DNA of 30,796 nt from NCBI GenBank assembly GCA_043753795.1, contig JAYUWA010000534.1, positions 1 through 30,796 of the forward strand, in the 5' to 3' direction. The translations under genes were made by a program, and so were the position numbers. The notes under the pieces are model-generated. The model saw only the letters and a program-made list of their open reading frames with translations, had not been told where the DNA came from and searched no databases. This DNA is from Bacteroidota bacterium. GTDB taxonomy: Bacteria > Bacteroidota > Bacteroidia > AKYH767-A > 2013-40CM-41-45. Below, piece by piece: positions 17,509 through 26,406 of this stretch (positions within the stretch are counted from its first letter, which is position 1; each line of letters opens with the position of its first letter).

Positions 17509-19254
17509 CTATTTAATTTCTTCCAGCATCAACTGCCTGATGTATTTCACCGGAGCGCTGCCATAGCTTAAGAATTTCTCATGCCAGTCTTTTAATTTGA
17601 ATTGATCCCCTTGTTTCTTTTTCATCTCTTCACGCAGATCGTAGATCTCTGTGTAGCCGGTAAAATAGCAGCAAAGCTGAACTTGTGTCAATGAAACCCG
17701 ACGCCATTTGTTTTCTGCTTCTGTTTTTTGCTGGAAGGCTTCATTCATCAACAGGTTCAAAGCATCTTCCTTCGACATATTTTTTGTATGGACACTGTTG
17801 TCGAGAATGAAATTGCAAGTACTTCTCAAATTCCATTTGTAGTACATCAACCACATTTCAGGTTCGTTGTTACCATAGCCTTCTTCAAGCATCATTCTTT
17901 CAGTATAAACTGCCCAACCTTCGATCATAGAACTTGCACCTAACAGAGATTTGATCAGGCTTGGGGATTGATTAGCATAGACAAGCTGCGTGTAATGTCC
18001 GGGAATAGCTTCATGGATATTAAGAATCTGTAAAATGTATTGATTGTATTCACGCAAATAACTTTCTGCGCGGTCTTTATCCCATCCTGACAAACTACCA
18101 ACATTGTAGTACGTATTTCCGGTCTTATCATAAGGACCGGGAGCAGATATTGATGCACCTGCAACTCCGGCCATGTAATCAGGTTCTTTTCTGACTACAA
18201 GCGGCTTTGATGGATCAATGTAAATTAGGTTTTTTTCTTTGATGAAATCAACAAGAACCGGAATTTGCTTTTCAATTGCAGATTGGAATGAATCAGGCTC
18301 AACGTGAGTTAGTGAAAGCTTATCGATCATCTGACGAATCATTTGCAGACTGTCTTTTGGCATCTCTTGTCCTGCGAAATATTTCGGCCAAAGCTTCACT
18401 GAGATCTCAGCCATTTTCTGATGCAATTCAGTTTTATGCGCAATTGCTTTTGCAAGAACTTCATCGGCAGTATAACCTGATTGAATATCGAATTCAAATT
18501 TCTTTTTGTAAAGCTCATCGCCTAAGCGGAAATTTCTTGGTGAATCATTTTTCATCGACTTCAGAAATTCAACATAAGATTTTATAGCATCGATTGTAAG
18601 TTTTGCGCGAGTAGTAATTTCGGTTTTTTCCGCGACCGGAAGTTTTGACACTTTCAGAGCATTCACAAGATCATTTTCAAAAACAGAAATTCCACCGAGG
18701 TTCTGTTCAATGGCAAGTTGTGTATGTTCAACAGTTGGATTCTTGATATTTTTCTTTGCCGCTTCGTAGTATGCAGGAACATTTACGAGTTTCATTCCCA
18801 GATTATGTAAACGATTATCAAGCGAATCATAATTGTTGTTGATCATCTCAGCAAACTCTCCTGAAACATTGTAACCGGCAGGATTCCATTCTCCGGATTT
18901 CATTTCCTTAATTGACCATATGATTGACTTCAACTGGTTCTCTATCATTTGAAGATCGGTCTTATTGTTGTCAGATAAATTCTTAAGATCATACGACTTC
19001 AGTGAATCCAGATTTGCATTTGCAAAAGCAAGTTGTTTAGCATCGTACTCAGCATTGGGTACCATTAAAACATTATCAAATTTGTGATATCCCTGACTAC
19101 TGGCCCAACCCGGATAAATTTCCCACATTCTTTCAACGAAACCATTCTTGAATAGATCGAATTGTTGATTCTGATCTCCGCTCGTTTCAGTTTTTTTTGA
19201 ATTACAACCAAAACCTGCTATGATCAATAGCGATAGAGTAAGTATCTTTTTCAT
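17509..19254 (-). CDS. DUF885 family lipoprotein
   Basis: Lipoprotein signal MKKILTLSLLIIAGFG-C from the ATG at 19254 (ORF track 19290). HEAIPGHYTQL and IEGWAVYTE motifs typical of DUF885. Confidence 0.88.
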   Translation of the reverse strand: MKKILTLSLLIIAGFGCNSKKTETSGDQNQQFDLFKNGFVERMWEIYPGWASSQGYHKFDNVLMVPNAEYDAKQLAFANANLDSLKSYDLKNLSDNNKTDLQMIENQLKSIIWSIKEMKSGEWNPAGYNVSGEFAEMINNNYDSLDNRLHNLGMKLVNVPAYYEAAKKNIKNPTVEHTQLAIEQNLGGISVFENDLVNALKVSKLPVAEKTEITTRAKLTIDAIKSYVEFLKSMKNDSPRNFRLGDELYKKKFEFDIQSGYTADEVLAKAIAHKTELHQKMAEISVKLWPKYFAGQEMPKDSLQMIRQMIDKLSLTHVEPDSFQSAIEKQIPVLVDFIKEKNLIYIDPSKPLVVRKEPDYMAGVAGASISAPGPYDKTGNTYYNVGSLSGWDKDRAESYLREYNQYILQILNIHEAIPGHYTQLVYANQSPSLIKSLLGASSMIEGWAVYTERMMLEEGYGNNEPEMWLMYYKWNLRSTCNFILDNSVHTKNMSKEDALNLLMNEAFQQKTEAENKWRRVSLTQVQLCCYFTGYTEIYDLREEMKKKQGDQFKLKDWHEKFLSYGSAPVKYIRQLMLEEIK

Positions 19255-19355
19255 AGTGCAATGATATGAAAATAATGATACTATGAACACCTTGAATGAC
19301 TCAATACACCCCTTAATTATCTTAATAATTTGTTAAATTATGTGAATTGAGTCCA

Positions 19356-19382
19356 TAAAAAAAGCCCCACAATGTAGGGCTT
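19356..19382 (-). terminator. Intrinsic terminator of sod
   Basis: Minus strand AAGCCCTACATTGTGGGGCT followed by a T-run, about 20 nt after the stop. Confidence 0.8.
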
Positions 19383-19402
19383 GGAATTAGTATTCATTCA
19401 GA

Positions 19403-20014
19403 TCATTTTGATGCATCAGCAAATCTGCGATTCACTTCATCCCAGTTGATCAAATTCCACCATGCAGACATATAGTCAGGACGACGATTTTGATAATTCA
19501 GATAATATGCGTGTTCCCATACATCACAGCCAAGGACCGGAGTTCCTTTTACTTCAGCCACATCCATAAGCGGATTATCCTGATTAGGAGTGGAAGAAAC
19601 CGCAAGTTTTTTATCAGCGCCAACGATCAACCATGCCCAACCACTACCGAAGCGTGTTGCTCCTGCTGTGTTAAACTTTGTTTTGAACTCATCGAATGAA
19701 CCGAATGCAGAATCAATTGCAGCAGCGATTGCACCTGTAGGATTTCCGCCACCATTTTGTTTCATCACTGTCCAGAAAAGTGAATGGTTGTAATGTCCAC
19801 CGCCATTATTTCTGACAGGCATTGGGTATTTGGAAATATTTTTACAAATATCTTCAATGGATAATTTCTCAGCATCAGATCCGGCGATAGCACCATTTAA
19901 ATTTGTAACATAAGCCTGATGATGTTTTCCGTGATGGATCTCCATCGTACGTGCGTCGATATGTGATTCAAGCGCATTGTATTCGTAAGGAAGTTTTGGA
20001 AGTTCGAATGCCAT
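19403..20014 (-). CDS. sodA: Superoxide dismutase, Fe/Mn family (Mn-type signatures)
   Basis: [45 protein letters not shown] and NQD residues point to the Mn type. Confidence 0.93.
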   Translation of the reverse strand: MAFELPKLPYEYNALESHIDARTMEIHHGKHHQAYVTNLNGAIAGSDAEKLSIEDICKNISKYPMPVRNNGGGHYNHSLFWTVMKQNGGGNPTGAIAAAIDSAFGSFDEFKTKFNTAGATRFGSGWAWLIVGADKKLAVSSTPNQDNPLMDVAEVKGTPVLGCDVWEHAYYLNYQNRRPDYMSAWWNLINWDEVNRRFADASK

Positions 20015-20077
20015 TTTTATGTGTTTAAATTTTCAGTAAAGATATGGGTAAATAGCCTTCAATTTCTGCTCTCAAAT

Positions 20078-20176
20078 AAAAAATTAAACACTGAGAACAC
20101 TAAAATTCGTCACAAGAACACGTCACTCGTGTCCCGATAGCTATCTAGATTGTGTTAAAAACTTAGTGTTAGTGTT
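20078..20176. repeat. Dispersed ACACTAA-type repeat element with inverted arms
   Basis: AAAAAATTAAACACTGAGAACACTAAAATTCGTCACAAGA closely matches 30564-30605. TTAGTGTTAGTGTT at about 20163-20176 is the inverted arm. Internal CCCGATAGCTATC. Confidence 0.7.
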
Positions 20177-20204
20177 GAAATTTAAGCTTAAAATACTCTG
20201 CCTT

Positions 20205-20942
20205 CTAATTCCTATGTAAAGAAGCCATTAAAAACCCATTTGCAATTCCAACTATCAATCCTGCAGCAATATCAGTAGGAAAATGTTTACCCGCTCTGTA
20301 GCGTAGGTAGCCGGTAGTGATTGGAATTGCAGCGGCTGAAATATACAAATATGGCAATGCTTTGCTTTTCGGATAATAAATACTGTATGCCGTAACAGTA
20401 AATGCCGCAGCAGAGGCAGTCATAGCAGTATGTCCTGAAAAAAAAGAGGCATTGGCATCGGCTTTTCTTTTCGCACTCATTGGCGCAGCCGGATTATATA
20501 CAAAAGGGCGTGCGCGATCCAGCAGACCTTTCACAAACTGAATTTCTGCTCCGGCCATTAATGTAGTTTGGATGTAAACTAATGTAAGAGCTCCAAAATC
20601 TTTTCGGATTTCTTTATCTGCTAAAAGTACTGCCGGTAAAACGATAGACGAAACTAACATTACATCAGATGCTTTTGCTGCCTGAATAGAATAGTGTGTC
20701 GCAGCCCTTCTATCTAATGAATTGATGTTCGAAATGGAAAGCGAATTAATTTCCGCTTCAGTAAGCGGTGCTTTATGCCGATAAAAATAATTTCCGCCAA
20801 TAAAAAGCGAGACACTTGCGGCTGATACTATATAATCGTCAGGTATCGATAAGTTAATTCTTCTCTGAGCAATTCCGTTATTCCCAACCAAAATCAGTTG
20901 GGCAACGAGAATAAAAACAACTTTTGAAAATCGTTTTTGCAC
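20205..20942 (-). CDS. PAP2 family phosphatase
   Basis: KGLLDRARP, SFFSGHT, RYRAGKHFPTD. GTG start directly after the S41 stop. Confidence 0.9.
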   Translation of the reverse strand: MQKRFSKVVFILVAQLILVGNNGIAQRRINLSIPDDYIVSAASVSLFIGGNYFYRHKAPLTEAEINSLSISNINSLDRRAATHYSIQAAKASDVMLVSSIVLPAVLLADKEIRKDFGALTLVYIQTTLMAGAEIQFVKGLLDRARPFVYNPAAPMSAKRKADANASFFSGHTAMTASAAAFTVTAYSIYYPKSKALPYLYISAAAIPITTGYLRYRAGKHFPTDIAAGLIVGIANGFLMASLHRN

Positions 20943-22562
20943 TTAACTCCCTTTTACAGCAACCTGCTTTTTATCGATCAGTTCAAGTGCTTTCTTCAGA
21001 GTGTTGTCGAGTGATTGTATCACCGGATAGAATCCATCATTTTTCCAAACCTGGCGGGCGATAAGCGCTTTCATTTGTGTTCGCATGATCTCATCCGAAA
21101 TTTTCATCCCTTCAGCATTTGGCTTCACTCCACTTTTCTCTGCAAACGAAATGAAATCATTATAGATCGTTTCGTTTATTTTAAAGCCTGTATTGAATTC
21201 TTCAAACGTTTTGAATTTATTTAAAGTCGTACGATTGTTATCTACATATTTATAGACAAATTCAGTTATAAGTCCTTTGGAAGATACATCGGAATAATAT
21301 TGAGACACACCACTTGTATCGAGCGACACAAAAATATCTGGCATGATTCCACCGCCGCCATAAACTACTCTTCCACTAGGGGTTGTAAATTTTAGTGAAT
21401 CACTGAAACGAATACTATCTGAACTCAAAAGTTCACCATGTTTAAGTCGTAGTGCAAGTTCATTCTCATAATCATCATAAGTGCCATCGTAAGGCTTCTG
21501 AATACTACGACCGGTTGGAGTATAATATCTTGCTATAGTAAGACGAATAGCTGATCCATCCGGAAATTCACTTTGTTCCTGCACGAGACCTTTACCGAAA
21601 GAACGACGACCGACAATTGTTGCTCGATCCCAATCCTGCAGAGCACCTGAAACAATTTCACTTGCTGATGCGCTGCCTTCGTCGATCAATACAACAAGAG
21701 CACCTCTTTCGAAGAAACCATTTTTAGTTGCCGAGTAAGATTCTTTTGGACGTGATCTTCCTTGTGTGTAGACGATCAGTTTCTCTTCAGGTAAAAATTC
21801 ATCCGCCAATTGAATTGCCGTTTTTAAATAACCACCCGGATTACCACGAAGATCCAATACAAGATTTTTCATGCCCATTTCCTTGAGCTTCACAAAACCA
21901 TCGATGTATTCTTCGTAGGTCTTATCACCAAAATGACTGACTTTTATATAGCCTGTTTCCGGACTAAGCATGTAAGAAACATCAACACTATAGATAGGAA
22001 TTTTCCCGCGTGTAATAGCATAGTCGATCTGCTTACCTTTTCTGTAAACGGTAACTTTCACTTTCGTTCCACTAGGTCCGCGAAGATTTTGCATGACCAT
22101 CTGATTTGTGATCTCTATGTTTGCAACATTTTTTCCATCAACTTTGATGATCCTGTCGCCGGGTTGAATTCCTAATGCATCTGAGGGTCCACCTGAAACT
22201 GCTGTAACTACCATGATCGTATCTTCCTGAATATGGAACTCAACTCCAATACCGTCGAAATTCCCTTCCAAAGGTTCGTTTGTTGACTGAAGTTCATCAG
22301 CAGGAATGTAAGCAGAATGCGGATCAAGCTTATGCAGCATTTCTTCAATTGTACTTTCAACCAGTTTTTTCTGATTCACAGTATCAACATATTCCTGATT
22401 TATATAATTGATTACATCATTCAGTTTATTGAACTGACCTGTTCGAAAAGAAAAAAAAGCGTTTTCATTTTTCGTCGACTGATTTAATCTCAGTCCAACA
22501 TAAATTCCCACTGCAATAAGTCCACCGAAGATTAGTGGCAACCAGATTTTTAATTTATTCAC
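20943..22562 (-). CDS. S41 family carboxyl-terminal processing protease (PDZ)
   Basis: LDPHSAY, FDGIGVEF, PDZ, DLRGNPGG, GSASASEIVSG, SFGKGLVQ, GGGIMPD. Confidence 0.95.
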   Translation of the reverse strand: MNKLKIWLPLIFGGLIAVGIYVGLRLNQSTKNENAFFSFRTGQFNKLNDVINYINQEYVDTVNQKKLVESTIEEMLHKLDPHSAYIPADELQSTNEPLEGNFDGIGVEFHIQEDTIMVVTAVSGGPSDALGIQPGDRIIKVDGKNVANIEITNQMVMQNLRGPSGTKVKVTVYRKGKQIDYAITRGKIPIYSVDVSYMLSPETGYIKVSHFGDKTYEEYIDGFVKLKEMGMKNLVLDLRGNPGGYLKTAIQLADEFLPEEKLIVYTQGRSRPKESYSATKNGFFERGALVVLIDEGSASASEIVSGALQDWDRATIVGRRSFGKGLVQEQSEFPDGSAIRLTIARYYTPTGRSIQKPYDGTYDDYENELALRLKHGELLSSDSIRFSDSLKFTTPSGRVVYGGGGIMPDIFVSLDTSGVSQYYSDVSSKGLITEFVYKYVDNNRTTLNKFKTFEEFNTGFKINETIYNDFISFAEKSGVKPNAEGMKISDEIMRTQMKALIARQVWKNDGFYPVIQSLDNTLKKALELIDKKQVAVKGS

Positions 22563-22689
22563 TTTATCGAAGTTTGTATTATACTCACCATTAAACTGAT
22601 TTTTCCTGAAAATGTTTTGAAAAAGGACGAATTAACACCATTATAACATCTCCTAAAACATCTGTTTTTGCTTTTAAATCGTGGTATAA

Positions 22690-23169
22690 TCAAGACTTAG
22701 CTGAAAGTTGTTCTTTCTGCTGATATCTTTCAACCTGAACTCCAAATTGTTTCAAAAACGCTACACCTTCATCGATCCCTATACCTTTATATTCAGCATA
22801 GCTATTCAGATAAATAACTTTTTTTATACCCATCGTGAAAATGATGCGCGCACAAGGCAGACAAGGAGAAAGTGTAACATAAATAGTACACCCTTCAATA
22901 GGAACACCATTTTTCGAAGCATAGAGTATGGCATTTTGCTCGGCATGCAAAGCGAGGGAACAACTGCCTTTACTATCACGAGGACAACCGACTTCCGGCC
23001 ATTTTTCATCACAATTATGGGTACCGGCAGGTGGGCCATTATAACCAAGCGAAACGATTCGGGTATCTTTAGTCAGTACAGAGCCGACTTTTATTTTTAC
23101 GCAATGTGATTTATGGGCCAGATTCTGGGCCAGCTCCATATAGATCTCATCAAAACTAGGACGATGCAT
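22690..23169 (-). CDS. dCMP deaminase (ComEB-like)
   Basis: SLGYNG, HAEQNA, TLSPCLPC. Likely start is the ATG at 23169 (MHRPSFDEIYMELA); ORF track starts at 23202. Confidence 0.92.
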   Translation of the reverse strand: MHRPSFDEIYMELAQNLAHKSHCVKIKVGSVLTKDTRIVSLGYNGPPAGTHNCDEKWPEVGCPRDSKGSCSLALHAEQNAILYASKNGVPIEGCTIYVTLSPCLPCARIIFTMGIKKVIYLNSYAEYKGIGIDEGVAFLKQFGVQVERYQQKEQLSAKS

Positions 23170-23173
23170 GCGG

Positions 23174-23181
23174 CAAATGTA
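23174..23181 (-). promoter_or_regulatory. -7 promoter element TACATTTG for dCMP deaminase
   Basis: Exact TAnnTTTG ending 5 nt before the ATG at 23169. Confidence 0.55.
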
Positions 23182-23231
23182 GGGATTTTTAGACAGGGAC
23201 ACATTAAAACCTTTTCTGCTATTATAGCGAC

Positions 23232-23738
23232 TTAGGCAATGACAGATTTTACTCTCTTTCTTTCAGATGTCCTTATACTTTTATCATTTATGATTTCTAA
23301 TTCCCTTTTCTTTTCTAAAACACGATACCAATATAAAGCAGGTATCCAATTATTTGAATGGATCTCTAACCTAACAAAAATCGTTTTGTTAGGTTCCTCC
23401 TTATTATTTAAAATTCGACTTAACCTGGTAACATGTAAACTTATTTCTTTAGAGAATTCATTATCCTTTTTATTTATAGAATGTATATACTCTCTCAAAA
23501 AGTGACTAAAAGAATATTTAGCGTCATAGGTATTACTTCTAAAGTAATCTTCCATCGTATACTTTATTTGCAGTATACGTGAATAAAGTTTCTCCCTTTC
23601 AGACATGTGCTTTAGACGGTTCAAACGAAAAGTAGAAAACTCTTTATCAGCCTCTTCTTGTTGCTCCTGTGATAATTTGCTCGGTAAAATATGTGAGTCG
23701 GCAGGCACGTCACTTGTATGTTTTTTTTGAGTTTTCAT
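23232..23738 (-). CDS. XRE/Cro-like HTH protein (HigA-like antitoxin or regulator)
   Basis: FSHFLREYIHSINKKDNEFSKEISLHVTRLSRILNNKEEP reads as a Cro/C1-type HTH. AT-rich gene. Confidence 0.65.
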   Translation of the reverse strand: MKTQKKHTSDVPADSHILPSKLSQEQQEEADKEFSTFRLNRLKHMSEREKLYSRILQIKYTMEDYFRSNTYDAKYSFSHFLREYIHSINKKDNEFSKEISLHVTRLSRILNNKEEPNKTIFVRLEIHSNNWIPALYWYRVLEKKRELEIINDKSIRTSERKRVKSVIA

Positions 23739-23749
23739 TTCTTAGTTAT

Positions 23750-23968
23750 TTAAATATTCTTCTCCTCTTCAAAATACTTCAACGAAATCAAACCTAATAT
23801 GGTTTTTGACTCAAGCATCTGAAGTTTAAAAACTAAATTCTTTTTCTCAAGTTTCCAGTCAAAGCCTGGAAATCTTGCGCTTTTTGAAATTATATTATAA
23901 TCACCATTCTCAATTGGTTCAATCCTTACTTCTATTCTATCACCAGAATCCGTTTGAGAAATATACAT
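23750..23968 (-). pseudogene. Short 72-aa ORF, probably a truncated partner (putative GNAT-like toxin) of the HTH gene
   Basis: Reads like a real protein start (FDWKLEKKNLVFKL...ILGLISL) but stops abruptly 11 nt before the HTH ATG. The family assignment is from recollection and was not searched. Confidence 0.5.
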
Positions 23969-24038
23969 ACGTAAATATACAAATGTTTATCAATTTTGTC
24001 AAGATAATTTATCATTATTATCAATTAAAAAATACTAA

Positions 24039-24074
24039 ATTTAGCGAAAATTGTACATTTAGGGATAATTGTAC
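24039..24074. repeat. 18-bp tandem duplication (candidate operator)
   Basis: ATTTAGCGAAAATTGTAC followed by ATTTAGGGATAATTGTAC (16/18 identical). Confidence 0.7.
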
Positions 24075-24106
24075 TCCTAAGGTAGGTTTTTGAATCTTTA
24101 ACTAAG

Positions 24107-24114
24107 CAAATATA
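24107..24114 (-). promoter_or_regulatory. -7 promoter element TATATTTG upstream of the 72-aa ORF/HTH pair
   Basis: Exact TAnnTTTG on the minus strand, in very AT-rich DNA where chance matches are likelier. Confidence 0.45.
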
Positions 24115-24188
24115 AAATTGGCTTAACTCATTGTTTAATAAAATCAAAATACTTCACCATCGACTTTATTTCCGATGCGATCAATTAC

Positions 24189-26216
24189 TCAATTGCTACC
24201 AATTCTATTAAGCCACATCTGTGCATCTGCATAATCGGGCTTTAATGTCAATGCCTTCTGCCAGTTTTCACGGGCGAGCTGATTGTTTTTTCTGAAAAAA
24301 TAAATTCCACCCAGATTATAGTAGGCTTCTGCATTAGCAGGATTAATTTCAATTGCAATTGTATAAAACCGTGACGATTCGTCTACTTGATTTTTTGCAA
24401 ATGCTGCATTACCTAGTTTAACCAACTGAGAACTGACCAATGTTCTGCCGGCGGAATTTGAAACAAGTTTGTCCGCTGTATTCAACGCAAACTTCGCCTG
24501 AGGAATTGAATCAAGGCTTGCATACGAAAGTGCCATGTAAACAAAAGAATCATGGTAGTCAGGAATTATCTCAATCGACTTTTTATAATAGTAAATTGCA
24601 TTATGATAATCTGAAAGTTTGAAGTATGCTGACGCGCAATCGTAATAAGCTTTCGCATGATCCGGCTTAATTGATATCGCCATTTTATAAAAGATTATTG
24701 CAGAATCGTTTTTATTCAAATTAAAATAGAGATTCCCACGGTTGACCAAAGCATCAGAATTTTCAGGATCGTTGAGCAGCGCTTTTTCATTATCTAACAG
24801 TGCATTTGCAAGATCATTTTTCTGATAAAAGATCACAGCCCGATTATGATAACCATCCGGACGATGGGGTGCAAGTTTTATTACTTCTGTAAAATCAGAA
24901 AATGCTTTATCAATTTCGCCTCTCGATTCGAAATATTGTCCGCGATTCATATATGCAGTTGGTACAGTGTGATCTTTTTCAATTATATCAGTCCAGAGGG
25001 AGATACTGTTTTTCCAGACCGGAACTCTTGCATACGTAAGCCCGATAAACATCAAACCAATACCAGCCATAACAATTGCGAACTTTTTTTCCAATTCAGG
25101 TTTATTCTCAACAAGGCAAAAGATAGCCATGAAAATCCCAACGGCTGCCAGGTAGGTAAACCGTTCATAGATCAATGCTGAATTTACGGCTACAATATGC
25201 AATACCGGAAAGATGCAAACTGCGAAAAATAATATACTTCCTGCAAGTCGTGGATTCTTTTTATACGAAAAGAAAATTGCCGCTGTTACTGTTGCTAAGG
25301 CAACTATCCCGATAACAAGTCCTGTGCTATATTCTGAACTTCCACTGAGCGGAAACTGATGTATCGCTATCTGATTTACAGGCATCATTATTTTTACGAT
25401 GTACAATCCAAATGCTATCGTTGAATACAAAAGTTTATCAAGGAATGTAAGCGGTGTAGAAAATTTATCGGCTACCAGTTCTCCTTCCCCGGAAATTGCA
25501 ATTACTCCAATTAATAAAGTCATGATCAAATAAGGAATTTTATTCACAAATCTTTTTGCATCAAACTTTTTATCCAACATGAGATCAGAAATAATTAAAA
25601 CAAAAGGTAGCGTGATTGCCTGAACTTTTGATAGCAGAGAAATCGCACCAAAAAACAAACTGACTATTAAAAATAATTTTTTTTTAGTGTGATAATATTT
25701 CAAATAAGACAACCAGGACAATAAAAAGAAAAACGAATAAACGACATCTTTCCTTCCGGCAATCCACACAACCGCTTCAGTGGCTAATGGGTGAATTGCA
25801 AAAAGCAATGTTATTATGAGAGAGGCTAGATCTTTAAACTTAAGTTGCCTAAGACAAAAGAAAAGAAGTAAAACATTCAGAAGATGAAAGAACAAATTTA
25901 CACCATGGCTCCATCCAGGGTTCAGTCCTGACATTTCAGAATCGAAAGCAAAGGTGAGCATCACAACTGGGTTGTAACTCAACATAAACTTTTCGGTAAA
26001 AATTTTTTTTGTCTTTTCGAAATTGATATCTCTTATATAAGGTGCTTCTTTCAGGTAAGCTTTATCGTCCCAATTAGTAGAATCAAAACCTGTGACCGAT
26101 TGATAAACTAAAAAGGTTAACAGCAAAATAACAACAAGTCCGGCAGCAGTATAAATCCTGTTATTTGATACTTTCTCAATCGACTTTTTTTCAGCTTTAG
26201 AAGCAATTCGGGACAT
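24189..26216 (-). CDS. TMTC-like GT-C membrane protein with C-terminal TPRs (putative protein O-glycosyltransferase)
   Basis: NWDDKAYL, HGVNLFFHLLN, FAIHPLATEAVVWIAGRKD, LLSKVQAITLP, ERFTYL, VWKNSISLW, then about 8 TPRs. Likely start is the ATG at 26216 (ORF track 26306). Confidence 0.85.
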   Translation of the reverse strand: MSRIASKAEKKSIEKVSNNRIYTAAGLVVILLLTFLVYQSVTGFDSTNWDDKAYLKEAPYIRDINFEKTKKIFTEKFMLSYNPVVMLTFAFDSEMSGLNPGWSHGVNLFFHLLNVLLLFFCLRQLKFKDLASLIITLLFAIHPLATEAVVWIAGRKDVVYSFFFLLSWLSYLKYYHTKKKLFLIVSLFFGAISLLSKVQAITLPFVLIISDLMLDKKFDAKRFVNKIPYLIMTLLIGVIAISGEGELVADKFSTPLTFLDKLLYSTIAFGLYIVKIMMPVNQIAIHQFPLSGSSEYSTGLVIGIVALATVTAAIFFSYKKNPRLAGSILFFAVCIFPVLHIVAVNSALIYERFTYLAAVGIFMAIFCLVENKPELEKKFAIVMAGIGLMFIGLTYARVPVWKNSISLWTDIIEKDHTVPTAYMNRGQYFESRGEIDKAFSDFTEVIKLAPHRPDGYHNRAVIFYQKNDLANALLDNEKALLNDPENSDALVNRGNLYFNLNKNDSAIIFYKMAISIKPDHAKAYYDCASAYFKLSDYHNAIYYYKKSIEIIPDYHDSFVYMALSYASLDSIPQAKFALNTADKLVSNSAGRTLVSSQLVKLGNAAFAKNQVDESSRFYTIAIEINPANAEAYYNLGGIYFFRKNNQLARENWQKALTLKPDYADAQMWLNRIGSN

Positions 26217-26382
26217 ATAAGTTGGTTTGACCGTAATTTGGTGGTAGTGTTGATAAGAATTGCAATTTATAACGAAAAACCTGTAACACAAAACGATAAC
26301 TATCAACGTGTTGCGCTATCTGTCCTGTAAATGACAATAGTTCTCGTTAAGAGTTTTTCCTTTGAAATTACGCAATGATTTC

Positions 26383-26390
26383 TATTTTTG
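26383..26390 (+). promoter_or_regulatory. Sigma-A promoter (-7 TATTTTTG; TTTG at 26361-26364) for the lipoprotein gene
   Basis: TAnnTTTG plus an upstream TTTG 18 nt away. ATG at 26407. Confidence 0.65.
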
Positions 26391-26406
26391 CATCAAACTA
26401 TCTTAT

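Noticed and set aside
23203-24188. IS element or prophage boundary around the AT-rich module
   Set aside because: I found no transposase, integrase, terminal inverted repeats or flanking direct repeats.
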